Shown here one piece after another: positions 27,879-36,363 of a stretch of DNA of 64,000 nucleotides (position 1 is its first letter; each line of letters opens with the position of its first letter). The position numbers and the translations under genes are program-made. Source of the stretch: an uncultured Candidatus Rokubacteria bacterium (lineage in GTDB: Bacteria; Methylomirabilota; Methylomirabilia; Rokubacteriales; DASRDR01); the NCBI GenBank assembly GCA_963826115.1, contig CAWGVS010000012.1, forward strand, positions 416,001 through 480,000, in the 5' to 3' direction. The notes below the pieces were generated by a model. It did not search any database, was not told the DNA's origin, and saw only the letters and a program-made list of their open reading frames with translations.

Positions 27879-28964
27879 ATGGCCGAGGTCCGTCTCCAGG
27901 GGCTCACCAAGCGGTTCGGCGCCGACGTCGCCGCCGTCCGCGAGCTCACGCTCGCGATCCGGCACGGCGAGCTCCTGTCGCTGCTCGGCCCCTCGGGCTG
28001 CGGCAAGACCACGACGCTCCGGCTCCTCGCCGGCTTCCTCGCGCCCGAGGCGGGCGAGATCTGGCTCGGCGACCGCCGCCTCTCCTCGCCGCGCGAGACG
28101 GTGCCCCCCGAGCGGCGTGGGATGAGCATGCTCTTCCAGTCGTACGCCGTCTGGCCGCACAAGACGGTGGCCGAGAACGTGACCTACGGCTTGAAGTTCC
28201 GGGACGTGCCCCGCGCGGACTGGCCGGGACGCCTCCGGGACGCGCTCGCCCTGGTCCGCCTCGAGGGGTACGCGGACCGCTACCCGGGGGAGCTGTCCGG
28301 CGGCCAGCAGCAGCGGGTCGCCCTCGCGCGCGCCCTCGTCGTGGAGCCGGCGATCCTCCTCCTGGACGAGCCCCTGTCGAATCTCGACGCGCACCTCCGC
28401 GAGGAGATGCGCTTCGAGATCCGGCGCGTGCACGAGGCTTCCCAGATCACCACCGTCTACGTGACCCACGACCAGGCCGAGGCGATGGTGACGTCCGACC
28501 GGATCGCCGTCATGAACGCGGGCCGGGTCGAGCAGGTCGGCACGCCCGTCGAGGTCTACGAGCGGCCGGCGACGGCGTTCGTGGCGGGATTCATCGGCCG
28601 GACGAACCTCCTCAAGGGCCGGACCGCGGGCGGCGGCCGGGTGGCCTGCGAGGGCGGCCTCGACCTCCTGACGACCGCGGGCCCGGAGCATCCGCCCGGC
28701 GAATCCGTGACGGTCTCGATCCGGCCGCACACGGTCGCCGTCGCGGCGGGGGCGGGACCGGACGCGGCGGCCGACGGGAGCGTGAACGTCTTCGCGGGCA
28801 CGGTCACCCGAGCCAGCTACTTCGGGGACGCGATGGACTACCAGGTGGCGATCGCGGGAACCGCGCTGACCCTGCGCGCGGCGGGGGCGCCGGAGCCGCG
28901 CTTCACGGTGGGGCAGCCGGTGATCGCGCGGATCGAGGCGCGCGCCTGCATCGTCGTCCGCTGA
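27879..28964 (+). CDS. ABC ATPase with TOBE domain (FbpC/PotA-type)
   Basis: GPSGCGKT, LSGGQ, LLLDEP, VTHD. Confidence 0.93.
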   Translation: MAEVRLQGLTKRFGADVAAVRELTLAIRHGELLSLLGPSGCGKTTTLRLLAGFLAPEAGEIWLGDRRLSSPRETVPPERRGMSMLFQSYAVWPHKTVAENVTYGLKFRDVPRADWPGRLRDALALVRLEGYADRYPGELSGGQQQRVALARALVVEPAILLLDEPLSNLDAHLREEMRFEIRRVHEASQITTVYVTHDQAEAMVTSDRIAVMNAGRVEQVGTPVEVYERPATAFVAGFIGRTNLLKGRTAGGGRVACEGGLDLLTTAGPEHPPGESVTVSIRPHTVAVAAGAGPDAAADGSVNVFAGTVTRASYFGDAMDYQVAIAGTALTLRAAGAPEPRFTVGQPVIARIEARACIVVR

Positions 28965-29017
28965 CCGGCGGGAGGGCGGGGCGGGCTAGCTGAGGATCGG
29001 TGGGCCGACCGGCGCCG

Positions 29018-30019
29018 TCAGGCGTACTCGAAGTTGATCATGGTGTGCCCGTAGTCGCTGTACTGGCACGTCCGGCAGAGCGGGAGCTCCCGCGCCGCGA
29101 TCTGGTCGCGCACCTCGCGCATCTTCTCGCTCCGGAGGATGGCCATGAGCCCGCCGTCCCGGTGCACGTTGGCGAACACGTGGTCCCCGTCGGCGTCGTA
29201 GCAGCAGGTCGTGACGTCGCCGTTGGCGAGCACCACGCCGTTCTCGTACGTCCAGCTGCACACCGCATCCTGGAGCTTCAGCTCCACGCCGTCGTCGTCG
29301 ACCCGGTATTTCCGGTACTTCTCGTCTTTCGGCAGCATCTTCCGGGCCATCCGCTCCCGCAGGTGCTCCTTGACCCAGGAGCCGAGCGACACGTTCTTCA
29401 GCGCCAGCTGGTCGACCCGCATCGCCTCGGCCAGATCGATCATCTGGTCGATCTCGTGCTCGTTGTAGCTGAAGACCAGGGTCTGGAGGCGGATGTGCGG
29501 CTTCCGGCGCCCGGCGGCGTGCCGCCGGTGCCCGAGACGATGGATCCCCGCCTTGACCTGCTCGAAGCTGCTGCCGATTCGGTAGCGCTCGTGCGTGGCC
29601 GCGCTCGCCCCGTCGAGGCAGACGATGATGGAGCTCAGCCCCGACTCGAAGATCTTGTCGATCTCCCGGTCCTCGAGGAACGTCGAGTTGGTGCTGACGC
29701 GCACCGGCACGTTGCGCTCCTCGGCGTAGCCGATCATGTCGAAGATCTCGGGGTTGAGGAACGGCTCGCCGAAGTTCCACAGCGCGATGAGCTTCGCGTG
29801 GCCCTTGATGTCGTCGACGACCTCGCGGTAGGTGTGCGACGACATGTGGGTCCCGGGCCGGTGCATGTGGGCCGGCACCGGGCACAGCGGGCACTTCAAG
29901 TTGCACTGGGTGGTCGGCTCGACCATGAACCCTTCGGAGTAGAGCCCGCTCGCGTTGGGCACCCGGCTCAGCGTCCGGAGCCCCTTGGCCGCGCGCACTT
30001 CCGTTCGTGCCACGTTCAT
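29018..30019 (-). CDS. Radical SAM protein with SPASM/Twitch domain
   Basis: CNLKCPLC, NFGEP, C...NGDVTTCC...CRTC. Confidence 0.9.
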   Translation of the reverse strand: MNVARTEVRAAKGLRTLSRVPNASGLYSEGFMVEPTTQCNLKCPLCPVPAHMHRPGTHMSSHTYREVVDDIKGHAKLIALWNFGEPFLNPEIFDMIGYAEERNVPVRVSTNSTFLEDREIDKIFESGLSSIIVCLDGASAATHERYRIGSSFEQVKAGIHRLGHRRHAAGRRKPHIRLQTLVFSYNEHEIDQMIDLAEAMRVDQLALKNVSLGSWVKEHLRERMARKMLPKDEKYRKYRVDDDGVELKLQDAVCSWTYENGVVLANGDVTTCCYDADGDHVFANVHRDGGLMAILRSEKMREVRDQIAARELPLCRTCQYSDYGHTMINFEYA

Positions 30020-30242
30020 CCCGTTCCTCCGACCTTCCCCGACCCGCGCCGGGCCACCCAGCGATCCCACTGGGCCATCCCGGCGCCGGTCGCGTGGGCC
30101 TGATGGTGCGCGGCGGGCGCGCGGCCTGTCAAGGCCGGCGACCGGCGCCGATCGGCGTCCGCGACCCGGATCCGGGGCGGCCGCACCGATGCTAGAATAC
30201 CGCCACGATCGCCAACTCCCATCACGACGCAGGGGGGACGTC

Positions 30243-30827
30243 ATGACCTCACGGGGCCGCCGCTACCGCCTGGTCGGTGCATCGCTCGCCGCGCTCGTCG
30301 CGCTCGTCTCGGTGGCCGCGGGGGAGACCCTGTCCGGGCTCCGACCCGCCGAGCCCCAGCCGACGCAGCTGACGCCGGGCCTGGCCGTCGAGTACACCTA
30401 CGGCATGGTGAACAACATCGAGCAGCTGAAGGGCCGGAAGTACGAGGCGGGGCCGCCGCTCGAGATGATCAACTACCGCTGGAGCGGCAACGTCCTCACG
30501 AGCAAGACCCGCGAAGGGGTCGGCGCGAACATCGACGGGTTCATCCGCTTCGAGAAGGCGGGCGTGTACGGGTTCGAGGTCACCTCGAACGACGGAGTGC
30601 GCGTCGAGATCGGCGGGAAGCTCCTCCACGTGGATCCCGAGATCCACTCGGACACCACGTCGGACCGCATCGACGTGAAGATCGACGCCCCCGGCTGGTA
30701 CCCGCTGAAGATCGTCTACTTCCAGAAGAAGGGCACCGCCTCGCTCGTGCTCGCCTGGGTCGCCCCGGGGGAGAAGGGCAAGGCGGTCCCGGTGCCCGCC
30801 AAGGCCTACGGCTACGTGAAGAAGTAG
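30243..30827 (+). CDS. Exported PA14-domain protein
   Basis: Signal peptide; GVYGFEVTSNDGVRVEIGG, GWYPLKIVYFQ; TGnTAGAAT extended -10 at 30190-30198. Confidence 0.85.
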   Translation: MTSRGRRYRLVGASLAALVALVSVAAGETLSGLRPAEPQPTQLTPGLAVEYTYGMVNNIEQLKGRKYEAGPPLEMINYRWSGNVLTSKTREGVGANIDGFIRFEKAGVYGFEVTSNDGVRVEIGGKLLHVDPEIHSDTTSDRIDVKIDAPGWYPLKIVYFQKKGTASLVLAWVAPGEKGKAVPVPAKAYGYVKK

Positions 30828-30935
30828 CCGCGCCGGCGCCCCGCACGACCGGCGCGCGTCCAGCGAGCGCGGCGGCGCCGCGGCCCTCGCCCTGAGCCAG
30901 CGGCGCGGCCGCGCGCGCCGCGACGGAGTCACGGC

Positions 30936-31721
30936 ATGTCGCCCCGACCGTCTCACCCCCGGCTCCCCGGCAAGGTCGCCATCGTCACGGGCACCGCGAT
31001 GGGTCTCGGCGAGGCGATCGCCCGGCGGCTCGCCGAGGAAGGCGCGCGGGTCGCCTGCGTGGACGTCCGCCCGGGCCCGAACGACGCCGTCGTCGACGCC
31101 ATCCGGGCCGACGGCGGCGACGCGCTCTCCGTCGAGGCGAGCGTCGCGGCGGACGCCGACACCCGGCGCGTCGTCGAGGTGACCCTCGAGCGGTTCGGCC
31201 GCATCGACATCCTGGTCAACAACGCCGGGGTGCTGCCCTCGCGGGAGACCGTCCTCGACACGACCGAGGCCGACTGGGACGAGACGCTCCGGGTGAACGT
31301 CAAGGGCGTGTTCCTCATGAGCCGCGCCGTCCTGCCGTCCATGATCGGCGCCGGCGGCGGCGCCATCGTGAACCTGTCGTCGATCACCGGGGTGGTCGGC
31401 CTGCCGGTCCGTCCCGCCTACTCGGCGTCGAAGGGCGCGGTCGCGATCCTCACGAAGCAGCTGGCCGTCGACTTCGGCCGGCACGGCGTCCGCGTCAACG
31501 CCATCGCGCCGTCGTTCGTGATCACGGACATCAACCGCGCGATGTTCGACCGGATGCGGGCGGAGGGCGCGCCCTGGGAGCAGATGCTCGACCGGCACCT
31601 GATCCGCCGGCTGGGCGAGCCGAAGGACGTCGCGGACGCGGCGCTCTTCCTCGCGTCCGACGAGGCGCGCTGGATCACGGGGGTCGTCCTGCCGGTGGAC
31701 GGGGGCTACACCGCCCACTGA
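30936..31721 (+). CDS. SDR-family oxidoreductase
   Basis: TGTAMGLG, NNAG, YSASK, VDGG. Confidence 0.93.
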   Translation: MSPRPSHPRLPGKVAIVTGTAMGLGEAIARRLAEEGARVACVDVRPGPNDAVVDAIRADGGDALSVEASVAADADTRRVVEVTLERFGRIDILVNNAGVLPSRETVLDTTEADWDETLRVNVKGVFLMSRAVLPSMIGAGGGAIVNLSSITGVVGLPVRPAYSASKGAVAILTKQLAVDFGRHGVRVNAIAPSFVITDINRAMFDRMRAEGAPWEQMLDRHLIRRLGEPKDVADAALFLASDEARWITGVVLPVDGGYTAH

Positions 31722-31757
31722 GGCCGGGGCCGACGTCTCGGCCGGCGGCCCGGCCGG

Positions 31758-32201
31758 TCAGCGGGCGGGCGGCGACGGGACGGCCGGCATCCGCACCCGC
31801 CACCACATGTTCACCACGAAGAGGCCCGCGCCCGCGACCTGGGCGAGGCCGCCGAGGACGATCAGGAGCCGGAGCGCGCGCCCGCCCTCCATCGGGGCGA
31901 GGAGCTCGGCCGCGGCCCGGACGCCGGTCCCCGCGGTCAGGAGCCAGTAGACGGCCGCCGCCAGCTCCGGGCGATACCGCGCGTCGTCGCGCGCCGGCCG
32001 GGGAAACATCCAGGTCGCGACCCCCATGATCAGCATGAGCATGAAGCCGACCAGGAGCAGGTGCACGTGGGCGGTGACGTGGAGGCGCGGCGGGTAGACG
32101 CCGAGCACGAACTCTCCGACCACGATGTAGGCGCCGAGGGCAAGGCCCGCGAGCAGGAAGACGAAGCTGGTCTTGACGTAGCGGCGGATCAGCGGCGGCA
32201 C
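31758..32201 (-). CDS. Four-TM protein resembling a fragment of heme-copper oxidase subunit I
   Basis: TAHVHLLLVGF...MGVATWMFPR; four hydrophobic helices. Confidence 0.7.
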   Translation of the reverse strand: MPPLIRRYVKTSFVFLLAGLALGAYIVVGEFVLGVYPPRLHVTAHVHLLLVGFMLMLIMGVATWMFPRPARDDARYRPELAAAVYWLLTAGTGVRAAAELLAPMEGGRALRLLIVLGGLAQVAGAGLFVVNMWWRVRMPAVPSPPAR

Positions 32202-32218
32202 GCGCGCGCGGCCCGGTC

Positions 32219-33340
32219 CTAGGGCTCCGAGAGCTCCTCGATGGCGGCGGTGAAGCGCTGGCGACTCTGCGGGTCGTCGATGTGCGCCGCGAGCCGCTCG
32301 TACAGCTCCCGCGTGTTGCTCGCCTGCTTGGCGGCCCGCTTCACGAGCAGCTTGGCGACGGGCCCGATGTGGGTGGCCAGGCGATCCGCCGCCTCGTCGA
32401 GCACCGCGGGAGACAGGGGCCGCGCGGGCGCGGCCGCGGCGGCCGGCGCACCCTTCACGACCGGGGCCGCCGCGGGCCGACCCGGGGCGGCCGGGGCCGG
32501 CCCCGCGACGTCGCCCATGCGGCGCCGGAACTCGGCGCGCTGCGCCTCGGGCAGGGCGACGTCGAGCTGCTGGCAGAGCGTCGGGAGGTCGGGCGCCGTC
32601 TTGGCCGCCTTCCGCACGAGGATCTTCGCGAGCGGGCCCAGGCCGTCCGCGAGCGCCCCCTCGAGCCGCGCCAGCACCGCGGAATCGAAGCGCGCGCCGC
32701 CCTCGATCGGCAGGAACTCCGTGCTCTCCACCCGGCCGGGCGGGCCGCCCGCCGCCGCCGCGGCGGCCTGCTCCGCGGCCGGAGCCGTCGCCCCCTCGCC
32801 GCCCGCCGTCATGATGTACACCTCGTGCTCCCGGACGTGCTTGTCCCGGTGGACGCCCACGTACTGGAAGAGCCGCGTGTACTCCTGCGACAGCCGGGAG
32901 ACGATCTCGTAGTAGGAGCGCGAGACCAGGATCTGGTTCGGCTGGGCGAAGCTCATCACCCGCTGGGCGACGTTGATCCCGTCCCCCAGCATGTTCGGCT
33001 GGCCGTTGACGTCCTTGACGATCCGGAGGGGGCCGAGATTGATGCCGATGCGCAGGGCCAGCTCCGGCCCCACCGCGATCGTGCCCGCCCGCAGGTTGCT
33101 CGCCGTGAACAGCGCGTCCTCGGGATCCCCGAGGAAGCAGATGGCCGCGCCGTCACCGGTGTCGAGCATCATCCGGTCGGTGGCCGGAACGTTCTGGAGC
33201 ACGTTCGCGACCAGACCATTGAGCCGGGTCTTCAGCTCGACCTGCTGCGTGACCAGACGCTCGGAGTACCCGACGATGTCGATGAAGACCACCGTCGCGA
33301 TGAACGTCCGTTGTCCGGCTTCGGGCGGTCCTTGCTCCAC
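32219..33340 (-). CDS. Class III nucleotide cyclase with two C-terminal helical repeats
   Basis: FIDIVGYS, TGDG, RIGINLGP, GDGINVAQRV. Confidence 0.88.
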   Translation of the reverse strand: MEQGPPEAGQRTFIATVVFIDIVGYSERLVTQQVELKTRLNGLVANVLQNVPATDRMMLDTGDGAAICFLGDPEDALFTASNLRAGTIAVGPELALRIGINLGPLRIVKDVNGQPNMLGDGINVAQRVMSFAQPNQILVSRSYYEIVSRLSQEYTRLFQYVGVHRDKHVREHEVYIMTAGGEGATAPAAEQAAAAAAGGPPGRVESTEFLPIEGGARFDSAVLARLEGALADGLGPLAKILVRKAAKTAPDLPTLCQQLDVALPEAQRAEFRRRMGDVAGPAPAAPGRPAAAPVVKGAPAAAAAPARPLSPAVLDEAADRLATHIGPVAKLLVKRAAKQASNTRELYERLAAHIDDPQSRQRFTAAIEELSEP

Positions 33341-33347
33341 GCGCGCC

Positions 33348-34220
33348 TCAGCTCTCGATCATCTGCATCGCCTTCTGGAGGCTCCGGCGCATGCGGTTGA
33401 ACGCGCGGCCCAGGAGCGCGATCTCGTCCCGACCCCGCTCCGGGAACTCCGGGATCTCGAAGTTGCCGGTGCTGACCTGGTCGGCCGCGTGCGACAGCTG
33501 GGCCACCGGGCGCACGATCATCCAGTTCAGCATCACGTTGAGCGCGATGAAGACGAGCGCGAACACGGCGACCAGCGAGCCCATGAAGGTGTAGAAGGCG
33601 CGCTGCGCGTTCTGGAGCGGCAGCGCCATCGGCACCGACACGACCTGCGCGCCCACGACCTCGTTGAGCTTCCACCCGAACCCGTTCGCCGACCCGTAGA
33701 GCTTGACCATGGTCGCCGGCGCCGCATCGGGCGTGCTGTGGCAGCCAAGGCACGCGGGGTTGCCGATCTGGATGGGCCGCGCGATGTAGAGGGCCCGCCC
33801 CGTCGGCGTGTCACGCTCGCCGCCGAGCTCCTTCACCGTCGGGCGGTTCCGGAACTCCTGCACGATGTCCGATTCCCAGTCGGCGGCCCGGTTGCGCGGG
33901 TTCGTCGGGTTGAGGGTCGCCTCCTTGTAGAAGTAGTCGGGGTACTTCTTGCGGAGCTCCCCCATCGTCTCCGCCGCGGCGTAGGCCGGCACGGTCTGCG
34001 GCAGGAAGGAGCGCATCAGCTGCATCTCGAGGTGCGGCCGCACCTGGGTGATCGTGTAGCCGCGCACGGCGAGCGCGGCCTCCATCATGAGGCTGGCGTT
34101 CCGGGCGACTTCCTCCCGCGCGTTGCGGATCAGGATCTCGCGCGAGATCCACCCCGCGACGCCCAGGCCCACGAGGAACACCAGCAGCAGGACCAGGTTG
34201 AACTTCAGACGCAGCCCCAT
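33348..34220 (-). CDS. DUF3365 (Tll0287-like) c-heme sensor with TM and HAMP, no output domain
   Basis: TM-periplasmic domain (NPTNPRN, CLGCH, GFGWK)-TM-HAMP (DEIALLGRAFNRM). Confidence 0.85.
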   Translation of the reverse strand: MGLRLKFNLVLLLVFLVGLGVAGWISREILIRNAREEVARNASLMMEAALAVRGYTITQVRPHLEMQLMRSFLPQTVPAYAAAETMGELRKKYPDYFYKEATLNPTNPRNRAADWESDIVQEFRNRPTVKELGGERDTPTGRALYIARPIQIGNPACLGCHSTPDAAPATMVKLYGSANGFGWKLNEVVGAQVVSVPMALPLQNAQRAFYTFMGSLVAVFALVFIALNVMLNWMIVRPVAQLSHAADQVSTGNFEIPEFPERGRDEIALLGRAFNRMRRSLQKAMQMIES

Positions 34221-34247
34221 GTCGTCCTCCCCGGCGTCCCCGCTGTC

Positions 34248-34760
34248 CTAGCGACAGCCGGCCAGCTCGCCGTAGGCCTTGGTGAAGCCGATCAGGCTGA
34301 AGGTCACCGCGTGAGTCCCCGTCGGGGGCCACTCCGGCCAGAACCGGAGCTGCACGCGCAGCCGGGAGCCGGCCTTGAACAGCGGGACCAGCTGCCCGTA
34401 CTTCGTGTCGAACTGTGCAGTCTTCGTGCCAGCCAGCCGGTCCATCGGGACCAGCGGCTCTTGATCGACAATCAGGCCGATATCCGAGAAGCTACCGTCG
34501 AGATTCGACGCGGACGTGATCGTCACGGACCGGGCGTCGATCGTGAGGTATGCCGTCGTGTCCTGGTAGCCGTCCGAGAGTGACTGCCGGGTTGACTCCA
34601 TGACGCAGCGTGTCCCAGGACCGTCCGCCCGTGGCACGGTCTTCATCACCCATTCCTCGGCGCCGGCCGGCGCCCCCGCCAGGACCAGGGCGAGCGCCAC
34701 CCCCAGGACGACACGGCATCCAGGACTTCGAGGACTCCCGTGGATCGACATCCGGCCCAA
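34248..34760 (-). CDS. Hypothetical exported protein (IalB-like C-terminus)
   Basis: Signal peptide; ends TFSLIGFTKAY; start uncertain. Confidence 0.7.
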   Translation of the reverse strand: MGRMSIHGSPRSPGCRVVLGVALALVLAGAPAGAEEWVMKTVPRADGPGTRCVMESTRQSLSDGYQDTTAYLTIDARSVTITSASNLDGSFSDIGLIVDQEPLVPMDRLAGTKTAQFDTKYGQLVPLFKAGSRLRVQLRFWPEWPPTGTHAVTFSLIGFTKAYGELAGCR

Positions 34761-34853
34761 CCTGTTTGCCTAGTGTAGGAGACGCGCGGTCCGGGCGGAA
34801 CGGGTTTTTCGCCGGCCGTCCGTGGCCCCGCAGCCGGCCTGTACAATGGCCCG

Positions 34854-35687
34854 GTGGCGCGACGGCCCCCGGGCGTGACCTGCCTGGCGTGCGGGGGCCG
34901 CTTCCCGGCCTTCGCCCGCTACGTCGCCCGCGCCGGGGTGAGGACGCGGCCGGGCCTCTGCCCCGGCTGCGGCGCGAAGCCGCGGCACCGCGCCCTCCTG
35001 ATCTTCCTGCGCCGGTTCGTCCGACCCGGCCTCCGCGCGCGGAGCGAGATCCTCGACATCGGCCCCTCCCGGCCCGCCACGCAGATCGTGCCGGTCCGCC
35101 GCGTCATCGGATCGGCCCGCTACACGGCGGTGGACCTCGATCGCCGCCCGCACCACGCCCGGCTGCGGCCGCCCCATCGTTTCCGCCGCATGGACGCCAC
35201 CCGCCTCGGGTTCCGACCGGGAACGTTCGACGTGGTCCTCTGCAACAACGTGCTCCCGTTCGCGACGAACGACCGGGGAATCCTCCGGGAGATCCGGCGG
35301 TGCCTCAAGCCCGAGGGGATCGCGACGGTGGACGTCGACGTGCAGGTCGGGCACACGACGGCCGCCGCCGCGCTGCGCCGCCGCGATCCCGCGCGCTACA
35401 CGGCCGCCTACGTGGCGGCCAACGGCTCCCACCGCTTCTACGGGCGCGACTTCCCCGCACGCCTGGCTCGGGCGGGGCTCACCGCGCTCCGGTTCGATCC
35501 CCTGCGCGGCCTCGGCCCGGCCTTCCGGCGCGCGCACGGGCTCAAGGCGGACGCCCGTATCTACCTCGCCTTCCGGAGTCCAGCCGCGGCGGCGGCATTC
35601 GCTCGCGCCGCGCGTGAACGTCAGCGCACCTTCTTCAGCTTCCCGGTCACCGTCCGCAGCACCTCGCCGTCCCGGACGCGGGAGTAG
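34854..35687 (+). CDS. Class I SAM methyltransferase with N-terminal Zn ribbon
   Basis: CLAC...CPGC, ILDIGP, FDVVLC, LKPEG; TACAAT 6 nt before GTG. Confidence 0.78.
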   Translation: MARRPPGVTCLACGGRFPAFARYVARAGVRTRPGLCPGCGAKPRHRALLIFLRRFVRPGLRARSEILDIGPSRPATQIVPVRRVIGSARYTAVDLDRRPHHARLRPPHRFRRMDATRLGFRPGTFDVVLCNNVLPFATNDRGILREIRRCLKPEGIATVDVDVQVGHTTAAAALRRRDPARYTAAYVAANGSHRFYGRDFPARLARAGLTALRFDPLRGLGPAFRRAHGLKADARIYLAFRSPAAAAAFARAARERQRTFFSFPVTVRSTSPSRTRE

Positions 35688-36172
35688 CGGAGATCCAGCC
35701 CGCCGGGCACGAGGGTGTACTCGTAGGTCTGCATCTCGTAGCCGCCGGTCTCCGTCACGAACAGGGCGTATCGCCAGAACTTGTCGCCCTCACGTCGGGC
35801 CCACATGTACGGGTCGCCGGCCAGCGGATCCAGCGGCACCGAGTTGCCGAACACGTCGGTGCGCATGCCGGAGCTGTAGATGTTCGGGCGCTTGCTTGGG
35901 AGGAACGTGATCGTGTACTCGTCGCGCTTCGGCTTGTCCTTCCCGCGCTTGAGCACCACCGTGAACTTCACCTTGAAGCCCTTGCCCTGGGGGCTGACCT
36001 CGGCGCTGATGTCCCGCTTGTCGAGCTCGTCGCCGCTCTCGGAGACCGCCTCCCCGACGTACGATCCGTAGAACCGCTCGATCCCGTCGCCCTGCGCCGC
36101 CGCGGTGCCCGCGGCGAGCAAGACAACACCGGCGAGAACCGCCAGCCATCCCGGGTACGGTCGTCGACGCAT
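35621..36172 (-). CDS. Hypothetical exported beta-rich protein
   Basis: Signal peptide, then FYGSYVG...RD...PLDPLAGDPYMWAR...GGYEMQTY. Confidence 0.75.
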   Translation of the reverse strand: MRRRPYPGWLAVLAGVVLLAAGTAAAQGDGIERFYGSYVGEAVSESGDELDKRDISAEVSPQGKGFKVKFTVVLKRGKDKPKRDEYTITFLPSKRPNIYSSGMRTDVFGNSVPLDPLAGDPYMWARREGDKFWRYALFVTETGGYEMQTYEYTLVPGGLDLRYSRVRDGEVLRTVTGKLKKVR

Positions 36173-36363
36173 CGGTGCCCTCCAGGTCCGGGGGTCCTGC
36201 CGCGCGATCCCCGGCCACGCTAGCCCGGCGGACCGACGTCCGTACACTACCATGCCCCCGCAAGCGGCCGGCGGCGCCTTGCGTGGCGCGGGGAGCCCGC
36301 GCTACGCTGCCGGTGAAACGACACGGGCCGGCGGGCGCCGGCCACCCTCGGAGGGACCTCCCC

